DNA of 45,900 nucleotides. Origin: a virus (taxonomy: Duplodnaviria; Caudoviricetes). The stretch covers positions 1 through 45,900 of the IMG/VR virus record IMGVR_UViG_3300037423_001962; one strand, written 5' to 3'. Within the stretch, counting starts at the first letter, position 1, and each line of letters opens with the position of its first letter. A model generated the notes under the pieces. It was not told the DNA's origin and did no database searches. It saw nothing but the letters and a program-made list of their open reading frames with translations. This document shows, piece by piece, positions 36,523 through 44,894 of this stretch. A program made the translations under genes and the position numbers.

Positions 36523-37323
36523 TTATATATGCTTTTGAAAAGCAGCAAGACCAAATGCTTTTAAATCATTAAACGTGGTATAATATAAACTATGGAACTT
36601 ACGTTTTGTTTTCTGTTCGAAAATGGCAATGAGCTCCGCGTGGTAATCGAAATTGGCTTGTCCATTGAAAATGAAATAGACTCGATGCTTTAACATGTGA
36701 AGCTTCATCAGTTTCTTTAGAAAGTCTTTTTCCGAGTGGCGTGTTCGCTCGACTTCTACAAAGTAGATACGCTCTTTCTTTTTTGCATTTGGCGTGTAAT
36801 CCGTCACCTTAAAGTCAGGTTTAAGATATGGCTTGTTTTGTCCTTCGCCCGTGAACGAACGATATTCTTTTTCGGTTCTCGGATCCTTTAACGTGATTCG
36901 CATGCATTCTTCTATTTTACTCACGCGTTCTATTTTTGCGTTTTGAAACGCCGTTTCTAATAGAGGTCGTACTTCTTGAAAGAATTTTTCTTCTGGTGTT
37001 ATGATGCTATAGTTTCCAGTAAGCTTACGAAATTGCTGAATGGTCTTCGTCGTGATTTGGCCATTGTATAAAAAGCTTGTACAAAACAAACCGCCTTGAA
37101 CATGAAGCAACAAAAAATATCGTTGCGTCTCAGGTTCCTTATATTTTTTATATCGGAGAATATAGCCGTAGTTATTCCCCAACTGTTTAAATACTCCTTC
37201 TCGAATCCAGCGATCAAATTCATATAAATCTCCGTTTCTTTTTGTAACGATTCCCAATTCACTGTAATGCTTTCTACCCTTTATAACGTTTATCTTTTCG
37301 TTCTCTAAAACTGTAAGTTTCAT
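36523..37323 (-). CDS. Protein with C-terminal PD-(D/E)XK-like domain (replication-relaxation-like)
   Basis: LKPDF.V......YFVEVERT.HS..DF.KKL.K. Confidence 0.55.
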   Translation of the reverse strand: MKLTVLENEKINVIKGRKHYSELGIVTKRNGDLYEFDRWIREGVFKQLGNNYGYILRYKKYKEPETQRYFLLLHVQGGLFCTSFLYNGQITTKTIQQFRKLTGNYSIITPEEKFFQEVRPLLETAFQNAKIERVSKIEECMRITLKDPRTEKEYRSFTGEGQNKPYLKPDFKVTDYTPNAKKKERIYFVEVERTRHSEKDFLKKLMKLHMLKHRVYFIFNGQANFDYHAELIAIFEQKTKRKFHSLYYTTFNDLKAFGLAAFQKHI

Positions 37324-37550
37324 TATCCCACCTCCCTAAGATCCCATTTGTGTTTCATAAATTCTACCACATTTTTTGTTCTTTCGGTGAAAAAAACTTC
37401 TCAAAACGCAAGAGCGGCGTTTTGATGGTTTATGAATATTTTTGTAGCACTAAACCAACGATGCCAGTAAGAAATATTCAAAATTTGGTGCTATGGATAT
37501 GGTATAAAGTATGAATCGGAGAAAAAGAAAAAAGCCCCGAAATGGGACTT

Positions 37551-38111
37551 TTATTTTTTGTCTTTATCAACATCTATCTTAAGTTCTTCTTTCATGTATT
37601 TTACAAGGGCTCTTCGTACGACATCACTTTTTCTGTAGCGTTCTTCGATGCAATAATCTGATAGCAGATCGTCAATTCGTTGTTCAATATAGAAGGAAAC
37701 GGACCGCATATTTTCAAACGCTTTAGGACCTGGTGCTTTTCTAGGTGTTCCGTCTTTTTTAGTTTTGTTATCTTTTTTTGGTTTCTTTTCTTTTACTTCT
37801 TTCGTTTCTTCCATTTTCTCCTCCACTTGTGGTGCTATAGTGTTAGTTTCTTGAACGGATGCTTGTGGTTGTCCTTGTGGTGCTATAGTACCAGGAACCG
37901 CAGGAGCCGTCGAATTTGGTTGCTGTGGTGCTATAGTGCTTTGGTGCTGTTGCGGGTTGTATGCTGGTTTTGGTTGATTAGGCGGCGTCTGTGGGCGTGG
38001 CGGATTTAGGATGCCTGCTGTTGCATTCGTTGCTGTTTTTAATTTATCTTGCATACGGTTTGAATTATTTTGATTTTGGTTGTTTTTATTTTGGTTATTA
38101 GTATTTGTCAT
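37551..38111 (-). CDS. Centromere-binding protein candidate (disordered N-terminus + RHH)
   Basis: N/Q/P-rich N-terminus with 3x TIAPQ; RSVSFYIE..I...L..Y.......KSDVVRRAL..Y; directly after parA. Confidence 0.75.
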   Translation of the reverse strand: MTNTNNQNKNNQNQNNSNRMQDKLKTATNATAGILNPPRPQTPPNQPKPAYNPQQHQSTIAPQQPNSTAPAVPGTIAPQGQPQASVQETNTIAPQVEEKMEETKEVKEKKPKKDNKTKKDGTPRKAPGPKAFENMRSVSFYIEQRIDDLLSDYCIEERYRKSDVVRRALVKYMKEELKIDVDKDKK

Positions 38112-38125
38112 TTTCTATTCCTCCC

Positions 38126-38989
38126 TTATTGTAATCGATTCAGCAATTCGCGAATCCAATATTTATATGGTGCCAGTGCTTTAGATAACTCTTTATTATC
38201 AGGTCCAAATCCACCGAGACTTAAGCGTCCTGTTTCGGCTTTACGTTGGATGATGTTCTCAAATACCGCCTCTCCGTAGGTTTGCTTTAGCATATCGACG
38301 TAGCCATTGTTATCCCAACGGCGACCATCTTGAATGGAAGCGGCGATTCCTGCGATTCGAAGGTAAGGATTATAGGCGTCTCGAACAGCATTGATGGTTT
38401 CCACCAAACGCGGCACAGCGTCAAAGCAGAACTTACTTGGTTCAAACATAATCACAACATCGGTTGCAGCAACTAAAGCGTTCGTCATACGTTCCGAGAG
38501 GTCTGGTGCGGTGTCAATGATGATGTAGTTGTACAAGTGTTTTACGCGATCAATTACTTCTTTTAAAACGGTGTTGATGTCGTGACCAGTTGGATATACG
38601 TTTAAATACAACCATTGCCAGAACGTTGCGAACAAATCATTGGCGGGAATAATATGTAAATTTTCATTCACTTCATGAATAAAGTATTCTTTTATATCTT
38701 CTCCGGTAAGGTTTGGGTTTTCGTGTACTGCTTTCATGGCATCGAGAATCGTTGCGTTGAATTCGTTCGGCAGCAATCCTGTAAGAAGTTGTGTTTGGTT
38801 TCCTTGGGCGTCGAAATCTATCACCAAAACCTTGGCATTCGGTTGAAGTTTTGGAATCAGATGAGACGTCACGGCTGTCGTGGTGCTCTTTGACGCTCCT
38901 CCTTTTTGAATGGAAAACGCGATCACCTTTGTTTCTTGTGCATCTAATTGTTCTTGTGTTAAAGCTTCATATTTTTCTATTTTAAGCAT
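38126..38989 (-). CDS. parA: ParA/Soj-family partition ATPase (type Ib)
   Basis: QKGGASKSTT, LVIDFDAQGN, IIIDTAP, NALVAA; GGAGG before ATG 38989. Confidence 0.93.
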   Translation of the reverse strand: MLKIEKYEALTQEQLDAQETKVIAFSIQKGGASKSTTTAVTSHLIPKLQPNAKVLVIDFDAQGNQTQLLTGLLPNEFNATILDAMKAVHENPNLTGEDIKEYFIHEVNENLHIIPANDLFATFWQWLYLNVYPTGHDINTVLKEVIDRVKHLYNYIIIDTAPDLSERMTNALVAATDVVIMFEPSKFCFDAVPRLVETINAVRDAYNPYLRIAGIAASIQDGRRWDNNGYVDMLKQTYGEAVFENIIQRKAETGRLSLGGFGPDNKELSKALAPYKYWIRELLNRLQ

Positions 38990-39393
38990 AATAGTATCCC
39001 TCCATTTATATGTAATTTGTGTGTTTCCGTCTAACAACTTCTATTAGTAAATATTATTTCCTCTTTTTTATTACTATTTATTGTTAGACTTCTGTGTTCG
39101 TTATATCTATCGACACATCATATAAATACTTTAGCATTTTTTACGATAAATTAATAGAAAAAAATATTTTCTAATAGAAATTCCTTACAGGACAAGGAGT
39201 TTGATGGATAAAAAATTTTCGAAGTTTTGGAACAAAACGAGAAAAACAACGACGGTCTCAGTGCCTTTTTGAGAGCGGAGGCGTAGGCGGAGCGTAGCGG
39301 CATAACTAATAATAACTTCTTTTTATAAAACTAAAAGGACGATTCTTTTTAAAAATCCAGCAACGGCAATGGGTTTGCTGATTTCCCCTCCAA

Positions 39394-39513
39394 AAAAAGG
39401 GGGGAATCCATCGGATGGTAACGACTAAAAAGGGGGGAATCCATCGGTTACAAAAACGAAAAAGGGGGGAATCCATAAGATAGTAGCCTAAAAAAGGGGG
39501 GAATCCATCGGTT
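39394..39513. repeat. Four iterons AAAAAGGGGGGAATCCAT (plasmid-type origin candidate)
   Basis: G6 tracts start at 39399, 39432, 39464, 39496 (period 33/32/32); downstream of Rep-like gene. Confidence 0.85.
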
Positions 39514-39596
39514 ACAAATTAAAAGGGTACCAATATTTCAGTTTGTTTTTAAATTGGGGTGCCTTTTTCTGTTTGAAAGATAAAAAAAGAAGAGAC

Positions 39597-40595
39597 CTAT
39601 TCGGTCTCTTTCTCTTCTCTTTCGATTGCTTCGCGTATTTTACGGTCTAATTCTGTTTCTTTCTTTTTCTTTGTTCGGTTATTCGAAACGGGTAAAATTG
39701 AAACATCGAATGGAACGTTTCTTTCTTTTCTTCTATCTTCAACAACACTGATGAAACTGAAGTTGATCGGTTCAATTTCTACGCCGTTTTTCTTTTTGCG
39801 GTTCATCATTCGCAAGTTGGCGTAGTAAATCTCGAATTCCTCCACTTGCAGCATTGCTTTTTCATATTCCATTCGCGTTACAAAGTACGGATGTATTTTA
39901 TAATATTTCGTTTTTCCAATGTCTGAACTAATGGAAACTCCATGGTTTATGAGTTCTCGAATAAATTTCGTTAGGCTTTCAGAATCTATCGCTAATGTTT
40001 CAGATAACACGTCATGTGTTAACATCTCGATTTTATACGGGTCTTGCTCTAATGGATTCGTGCACACGATCGTGTTGTGCATGTTTACCCATGGAATCAT
40101 TTTATAAAGCAGGCCAAGTGCTTCAACAGATACATGATACGCCAGTAGTCGACCGCTTGTGTGGTATACTTTTGCAAACGGGGATTCGAGAACGTATCCC
40201 ATTGTGTGGTATTTTTCAGTTATGTAATAATGCTGCCCTCTTTTTCCTAGGAAATTCAATGCGACGAGCTCAGATAAGAATTCCCCAGCTTGCTTTGCAT
40301 CTCGTATTCCCCAAAGATTCGCGAAGTCTCCACGTTTTGCTGCCTTTCCATCGATGCATAATACTTTTTCCTTGTCTTCTAGTGATTCACTCATTTCCAT
40401 AAGTAGAACAAGTCGGAATACTCGTCCAGAATTACGCAATGACATAGGTTTTGTTAATTCATAAACAGGATCTAAGTAAAAGTTCATCCAGTTTGGTTCT
40501 TCCCTTCTTACTTTTTCTTCTGTTTCTTTAATAAGCAAATAGGATTCGCCATCGATGGTGGCACGTGCTACCGATTGTTTTTTTCGTAAAGCCAT
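39597..40595 (-). CDS. Rep-like replication initiator (tandem wHTH)
   Basis: KVY....R.L...S...LGLLYK.IP..N...N..C.NP.E.D, Y.IHP motifs as recalled from Bacillota plasmid/phage Rep proteins; adjacent iterons. Confidence 0.7.
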   Translation of the reverse strand: MALRKKQSVARATIDGESYLLIKETEEKVRREEPNWMNFYLDPVYELTKPMSLRNSGRVFRLVLLMEMSESLEDKEKVLCIDGKAAKRGDFANLWGIRDAKQAGEFLSELVALNFLGKRGQHYYITEKYHTMGYVLESPFAKVYHTSGRLLAYHVSVEALGLLYKMIPWVNMHNTIVCTNPLEQDPYKIEMLTHDVLSETLAIDSESLTKFIRELINHGVSISSDIGKTKYYKIHPYFVTRMEYEKAMLQVEEFEIYYANLRMMNRKKKNGVEIEPINFSFISVVEDRRKERNVPFDVSILPVSNNRTKKKKETELDRKIREAIEREEKETE

Positions 40596-40724
40596 TATTT
40601 TATCCCTCCATTTGTGTTTGAATTGCGTCGTGTCCATTCAATAACTTCGTGATGAAAGGTTTTAACCCTTGCCATTGAATTTCGTTTCTAAAATTCTTTC
40701 GGCAAATTTTCGAATAACTTTAGT

Positions 40725-41110
40725 TAAAATATGTTAGTATTTAATAGCAAATAACAAAAAATACCATTTTATGTTATTTCTTATTATCTATTATGATAAA
40801 AAAATATTTAATCCTTTTAAATATTATTTGCTAATAGAAAATAATGTAAAATGTTAGTAAATAATAATGTGTAATAGAAAATGTTTTTTATTATTGAAAG
40901 TTAGGAAAAAATAATAATTGTTGTTGAAAGATAGGGACTTCTGTGTATAACTATGAATGAATACGAATGAATAATATTTTTTATGAAAAGATATTGATTA
41001 CTAACATTTTCTAATATAAAATAAGAGTAAATCATATTAACTAACATTTGTTCGGTATTCCAAACATAAAACAATATTAAATCATATCTCTGTTAGAAAA
41101 TAACATTTTC
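40725..41110. repeat. AT-rich region with degenerate TAATAGAAA / TGTTAGTAA repeats (parS candidate)
   Basis: Multiple direct and inverted copies; related copies upstream of parA (39040-39180). Confidence 0.45.
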
Positions 41111-41294
41111 TCGTAATCATTCATAATAAATACGAGAAATTATAGGTTTTTACACTATGTTTTTTGCACATTGGCAATTTAAAATGGAATTATCATCTTA
41201 AAAATACGCAAAATTTAGCCCCATTTTTGAATCTTTCTCTAAAAAATGGTTAATTATCTTGATTACGTGACTAAAATTAAAATTTTCGGCAAAC

Positions 41295-41322
41295 GGGACA
41301 AAACGAAAATTTCTCTCGGATA
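41295..41322 (+). promoter_or_regulatory. Putative phage-sigma promoter GGGACA-N16-CGGATA
   Basis: Exact hexamers, 16-bp spacer, only plus-strand copy, upstream of plus-strand ORF. Confidence 0.8.
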
Positions 41323-41342
41323 CTTTTATCGAGGTGATATTT

Positions 41343-41621
41343 TTGAAAATTTTAATTCAAAACGTAGAAAAAATTGGTGACGATTTTGCGGAAATTATTT
41401 TTCAAACGGAAGACGATCATAAAAATATTTCATTGCACGTGATGCAAAAAAATAAAAATTGGAGTCCGACGTCGATGTATTTTTTACATCACCCTGACGA
41501 ATGGACATGTCCAACTTGTAAAAAAGAACATTGGAATGACGACTCAATGAAATGCATTCGAAACGAAAACGAGATGAAAACGATTTGGAGTCAAATTCAA
41601 AACGAGATCCAACTAAAATAA
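41343..41621 (+). CDS. Hypothetical protein with CxxC motif
   Basis: GAGGTG RBS, TTG 41343; CPTC...C; terminator-like hairpin after stop. Confidence 0.65.
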   Translation: MKILIQNVEKIGDDFAEIIFQTEDDHKNISLHVMQKNKNWSPTSMYFLHHPDEWTCPTCKKEHWNDDSMKCIRNENEMKTIWSQIQNEIQLK

Positions 41622-41663
41622 AAAACGCCTCTGTGGAGAGAGACGTTTACACATGTAAAAAGG

Positions 41664-41918
41664 TTATTCGAAATATTTATTTAAAAATTCTCTAGCCTTT
41701 TCTTCGGATGTTTCTTCAATTTCGTCTAAAATTCCGAGTTCCTCTAGGGTATATTCCCGTCCTTTTAAAAACGCGACAATAAAGAGTTGTCTAGCAGTAA
41801 TTCCTTCTGGTAGGGTCCACCCATCAAAAATCTTTACTGCTACTTTTGCTGCTTCGTCTAGTTCGTGGATAGTTAAACCGGTTACTTCGATCTCGTGAAT
41901 ACGTTTCGTTTCTGCCAT
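41664..41918 (-). CDS. Hypothetical protein
   Basis: AAAGGAG RBS; TTGACA at 41974-41969 upstream. Confidence 0.65.
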   Translation of the reverse strand: MAETKRIHEIEVTGLTIHELDEAAKVAVKIFDGWTLPEGITARQLFIVAFLKGREYTLEELGILDEIEETSEEKAREFLNKYFE

Positions 41919-42042
41919 GTTTTAACACTCCTTTCTACATAGTTAAAGAATATATCCTTTTATCTGTTTGTCAAATTATTTTTATTTTCCCTATTTCCTG
42001 TCGAGAGTAAAAATAATTTTGGCATTTTCTGTATCACAATTA

Positions 42043-42069
42043 AAAAGCCTGGTATCCAGGCTCTTTTTT
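42043..42069. terminator. Bidirectional terminator
   Basis: AAAAAGCCTGG-tat-CCAGGCTCTTTTTT. Confidence 0.6.
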
Positions 42070-42173
42070 ATTTCTAATATTTAGAAATACTATTTAAATT
42101 TGTATTCTATAAAAAATATATCACTTGATAGTTAGTAATACAATGCAAGTTTGATGGTTTTTGTAAACTTTTT

Positions 42174-42407
42174 TTAATACCATTTGCCATCAATTGTATA
42201 ATGCCACCAAATATCTGGGAAAAAAATGTTCACTGTACGCTCTTTGTTGTCCCATTTTACCTGCTGAATATCGGCGATCGTGAATTTAGCTCTCGTTTCC
42301 GCTCCCATCGCTTGTTGGTGCAGCTGATATGTTCTTTCAAGAATAAGCTTTGCAGTAGGCGAAAGCTTATTGTAACCTTTTACTTTACTAAAATCGAGTT
42401 GTTGCAT
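42174..42407 (-). CDS. Conserved small hypothetical protein
   Basis: LDFSKVKGY..LS ... WWHYT..G.WY. Confidence 0.65.
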   Translation of the reverse strand: MQQLDFSKVKGYNKLSPTAKLILERTYQLHQQAMGAETRAKFTIADIQQVKWDNKERTVNIFFPDIWWHYTIDGKWY

Positions 42408-43013
42408 CTAAATTTCCCCTTTTTCATCAAATAACAGGATAAGTCTAATAGATGGATGATTTTTAACCTGATCGTACATCATTTCCCAATGCTTTATAAT
42501 TCCTGTTGCTGTATTTAGTGGCAAGTATTCCAATTCATCTTCTTCGAATACTTCATAAGTGATATTATACTCATTCCAATGACGCTTAAAGGAAAGGGAT
42601 TGCCCTTTCACGGTCCACTTGATGCTTTTTGAATATTCGTCCTCCGTAAACGAAACGCTTTCAATTATAGGTACGTTTCGTTCGTTAAATGCTTTTATTT
42701 TCTCGATCATCGTAAGGAATTGACGTGTCATTTCGGCTAATACTCCTGCCCACCACCCCTTTTCTTGGCGATTCAGGGCGTTTTTTAAATGTGTTCCTGT
42801 ATTTTTTATCGAGTTTCCAAAATACTCGTATTCTTCTTTTATATCATAGGGGCTTGCGATGATAGATACTGTTCCGATATCTCGGCTTGCTCCACCTATG
42901 GGTATTCCACTTACCTCGATAACGAGTTTATACGTATCGTTTTTTAGATAAACGACTTCTCGGTTATATAAACCGTTAATACTTTCAAACTCTGATGATT
43001 TCATTTCCCCCAC
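42408..43013 (-). CDS. Hypothetical protein, C-terminal HP.IRL motif family
   Basis: Ends MYDQVKNHPSIRLILLFDEKGEI. Confidence 0.7.
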   Translation of the reverse strand: MGEMKSSEFESINGLYNREVVYLKNDTYKLVIEVSGIPIGGASRDIGTVSIIASPYDIKEEYEYFGNSIKNTGTHLKNALNRQEKGWWAGVLAEMTRQFLTMIEKIKAFNERNVPIIESVSFTEDEYSKSIKWTVKGQSLSFKRHWNEYNITYEVFEEDELEYLPLNTATGIIKHWEMMYDQVKNHPSIRLILLFDEKGEI

Positions 43014-43020
43014 TTCCTTT

Positions 43021-43332
43021 CTATTCTAATAAATGAATTAATCGAAACTTCGGATGGTTCCGAACTGCTTCGTAAATGTCCTCTATATAATCGATTTCTT
43101 TTAACAACATGGTAACATTAAATAACTTTTTTTGTTTATTATAATCTAACATTACATGATCGGTTCGATTTGATGTGATAATTTCGCCGTGGATGATACT
43201 TTCTGGGTCATTTATTTGGCGAGTTAATGAATACGTAAACTTTACATCCATTGTGATTATACGCATCGTTTCGTATATTTCTTCGATATCGTTTATTTCG
43301 ACGAAGCTTTCCGTTATTGTTTCACGTGGCAT
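43021..43332 (-). CDS. Hypothetical protein, C-terminal HP.FRL motif family
   Basis: Ends IYEAVRNHPKFRLIHLLE. Confidence 0.75.
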   Translation of the reverse strand: MPRETITESFVEINDIEEIYETMRIITMDVKFTYSLTRQINDPESIIHGEIITSNRTDHVMLDYNKQKKLFNVTMLLKEIDYIEDIYEAVRNHPKFRLIHLLE

Positions 43333-43342
43333 TTATGCCCTC

Positions 43343-43687
43343 CTATCCCAACAGGTAAATTAAGCGAAAATTCGGGTGTTCCTTGATCGCTTCGAATATT
43401 TCCGGTATCCACTCTTCTTTTTCGGGTGGTCTGTTATTATCCCATTTAAATTCTTTTGTATTTTTATTGAATTCAACATGCCAACCCCTGCTGTCAAACT
43501 CACTCTCAAATTCATAATTGTGAAATTTGTGATCTGCGTTGGGTGCTTTGATTCTGCATGTATAAGTATATGTATAAGTTATGCTAAGCGTAAAGCCTCT
43601 GTGGTTTTCATATATAATCTTTAATTCTTTAAGTTCCTTAAATTTCTCATTAAATTTTTCATACTCTAGATTTTCCAAATCATACAT
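43343..43687 (-). CDS. Hypothetical protein, C-terminal HP.FRL motif family
   Basis: AAGGAGG RBS, ATG 43687; ends IFEAIKEHPNFRLIYLLG. Confidence 0.75.
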   Translation of the reverse strand: MYDLENLEYEKFNEKFKELKELKIIYENHRGFTLSITYTYTYTCRIKAPNADHKFHNYEFESEFDSRGWHVEFNKNTKEFKWDNNRPPEKEEWIPEIFEAIKEHPNFRLIYLLG

Positions 43688-43763
43688 AGTATTCCCTCCT
43701 TCCTGGAAAACTTTCCCCGACATGGCAGGTTTTTTGCAGCTCATCGCACGTTACGACGCGGGA

Positions 43764-44000
43764 TTATTCCCACGCCGCACACCGTGCAAATAGCTTAAAT
43801 TTCGGATGGTTCCGCGTATAGTGAAGCAGTTCTTGCAGTGTTTTTTCGTCGGCTTGCGTTGTGATCATGCTCACTTCGCCTGTTTCTTTATGTAGCACTG
43901 CATACGCAGATGTGCCCTTTATGTCGTTTATATCGTAATTTATCAAAAAGTACATATCATTCTGTAAATTTTCAAAAATGGTAATATTTGTAACGTTCAT
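43764..44000 (-). CDS. Hypothetical protein, C-terminal HP.FKL motif family
   Basis: GGAGGTGG RBS, ATG 44000; ends LLHYTRNHPKFKLFARCAAWE. Confidence 0.7.
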   Translation of the reverse strand: MNVTNITIFENLQNDMYFLINYDINDIKGTSAYAVLHKETGEVSMITTQADEKTLQELLHYTRNHPKFKLFARCAAWE

Positions 44001-44001
44001 A

Positions 44002-44184
44002 CTAAGCAATGTAACCACCTCCGCTGTACTTTTGCAGGCCGTGCTGGACGCTCTTTCCGTATCTTTCAATAACATTCTTTAATAACGTTATTTCGGATGG
44101 ATTCAATTCGTTTTCCAGTGTTTCGACCTCTTCTTTTTCTTTTACTTCTAAAGATTCATTTTCAAATTTACTATTCCGTAACAT
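44002..44184 (-). CDS. Hypothetical 60-aa acidic protein
   Basis: AAAGGGG RBS, ATG 44184; first gene after the third ribozyme in transcription order. Confidence 0.6.
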   Translation of the reverse strand: MLRNSKFENESLEVKEKEEVETLENELNPSEITLLKNVIERYGKSVQHGLQKYSGGGYIA

Positions 44185-44246
44185 GTGCAAATCCCCTTTC
44201 GTATGTTTGTAAGTGTTCAGCCCCTTAGGGTGCCGGGCGTTTTCGT

Positions 44247-44313
44247 GTTCGCCGACCGCTCCGATCGACTCGGGGCGGTTTCGTCGCAATTTTCAGCGAC
44301 TCATCAGGGCAAC
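44247..44313 (-). ncRNA. Type I hammerhead ribozyme HH-A (cleavage between 44254 and 44253)
   Basis: GUUGCC CUGAUGA GUCGC-ugaaaauu-GCGAC GAAA CCGCCCCGA-gucga-UCGGAGCGG UC^ GGCGAAC; canonical core. Confidence 0.92.
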
Positions 44314-44465
44314 TCTATAAGAACTTTTAGGCGTTCGAATTCGTTTTGATAGTGTTTGACCGTTTTCATGTCTTGCTCGAAGTTAAACGGGTGGAACGTT
44401 TTAACGATTCGACGATATTTCATTTTAAGTACGAAGAACTCCATTTTTAGCATTTGTTTTCTCAT
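44304..44465 (-). CDS. Hypothetical 53-aa basic protein (below ORF-track cutoff)
   Basis: AGGAGGT RBS; MRKQMLKMEFFVLKMKYRR...LIELP*; stop is the UGA of the hammerhead core. Confidence 0.6.
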   Translation of the reverse strand: MRKQMLKMEFFVLKMKYRRIVKTFHPFNFEQDMKTVKHYQNEFERLKVLIELP

Positions 44466-44477
44466 CGGCTTGACCTC

Positions 44478-44567
44478 CTAGTGTAAGAAAATCCAAACAA
44501 GCAAGCCAGAAACGATGGAAAACGAAGCAACTTCTTTAACGTAGTACGTGAATTTTTCAAATGTCAT
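44478..44567 (-). CDS. 29-aa single-TM peptide (below ORF-track cutoff)
   Basis: AAAGGGG RBS; MTFEKFTYYVKEVASFSIVSGLLVWIFLH*. Confidence 0.55.
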   Translation of the reverse strand: MTFEKFTYYVKEVASFSIVSGLLVWIFLH

Positions 44568-44637
44568 AAATAAACAACCCCTTTGCGTTTGTAATTTGTT
44601 ACAGGCCCACCTTATCGTGTTGGCGGGGTCTGGGCTT

Positions 44638-44700
44638 TCGCCGACGTTGGAGCGTGTCCAACGTTTCGGAGCGGTGCCTCCTGCTCCATCATCAGGGCGA
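44638..44700 (-). ncRNA. Type I hammerhead ribozyme HH-B (cleavage between 44643 and 44642)
   Basis: UCGCC CUGAUGAU GGAGC-aggaggcacc-GCUCC GAAA CGUUGGA-cacgc-UCCAACG UC^ GGCGA; one extra U after the core. Confidence 0.9.
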
Positions 44701-44702
44701 TG

Positions 44703-44894
44703 TTACTCTTCGGGTTTCTCATCCGGCTTTATTAGCATAGCAATCATAAAAGGTATTGTGCATAGCATGCTGATTTCTAAATGACCTCGATGGATTACTT
44801 CTTTTGGAATAAACAGTAACGCCAAGATAAGTAAAAATAACCCACAAGTAATCCCGATAATTTCGTATCTATATTTTTTCATATGTTTTTTCAT
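44703..44894 (-). CDS. 63-aa two-TM membrane protein flanked by two ribozymes
   Basis: AAGGAGG RBS; two hydrophobic helices. Confidence 0.7.
   Translation of the reverse strand: MKKHMKKYRYEIIGITCGLFLLILALLFIPKEVIHRGHLEISMLCTIPFMIAMLIKPDEKPEE

Noticed and set aside
39394-39513. Regularly spaced repeats as a mini CRISPR array (given the Cas4-like gene)
   Set aside because: Repeat about 18 bp and spacers about 14 bp, two spacers nearly identical; period fits helical phasing next to a Rep gene, so iterons
42992-42998. CTGATGA (and CTGACGA near 41494) as further hammerheads
   Set aside because: Within coding sequence with no stem II/GAAA/stem III context
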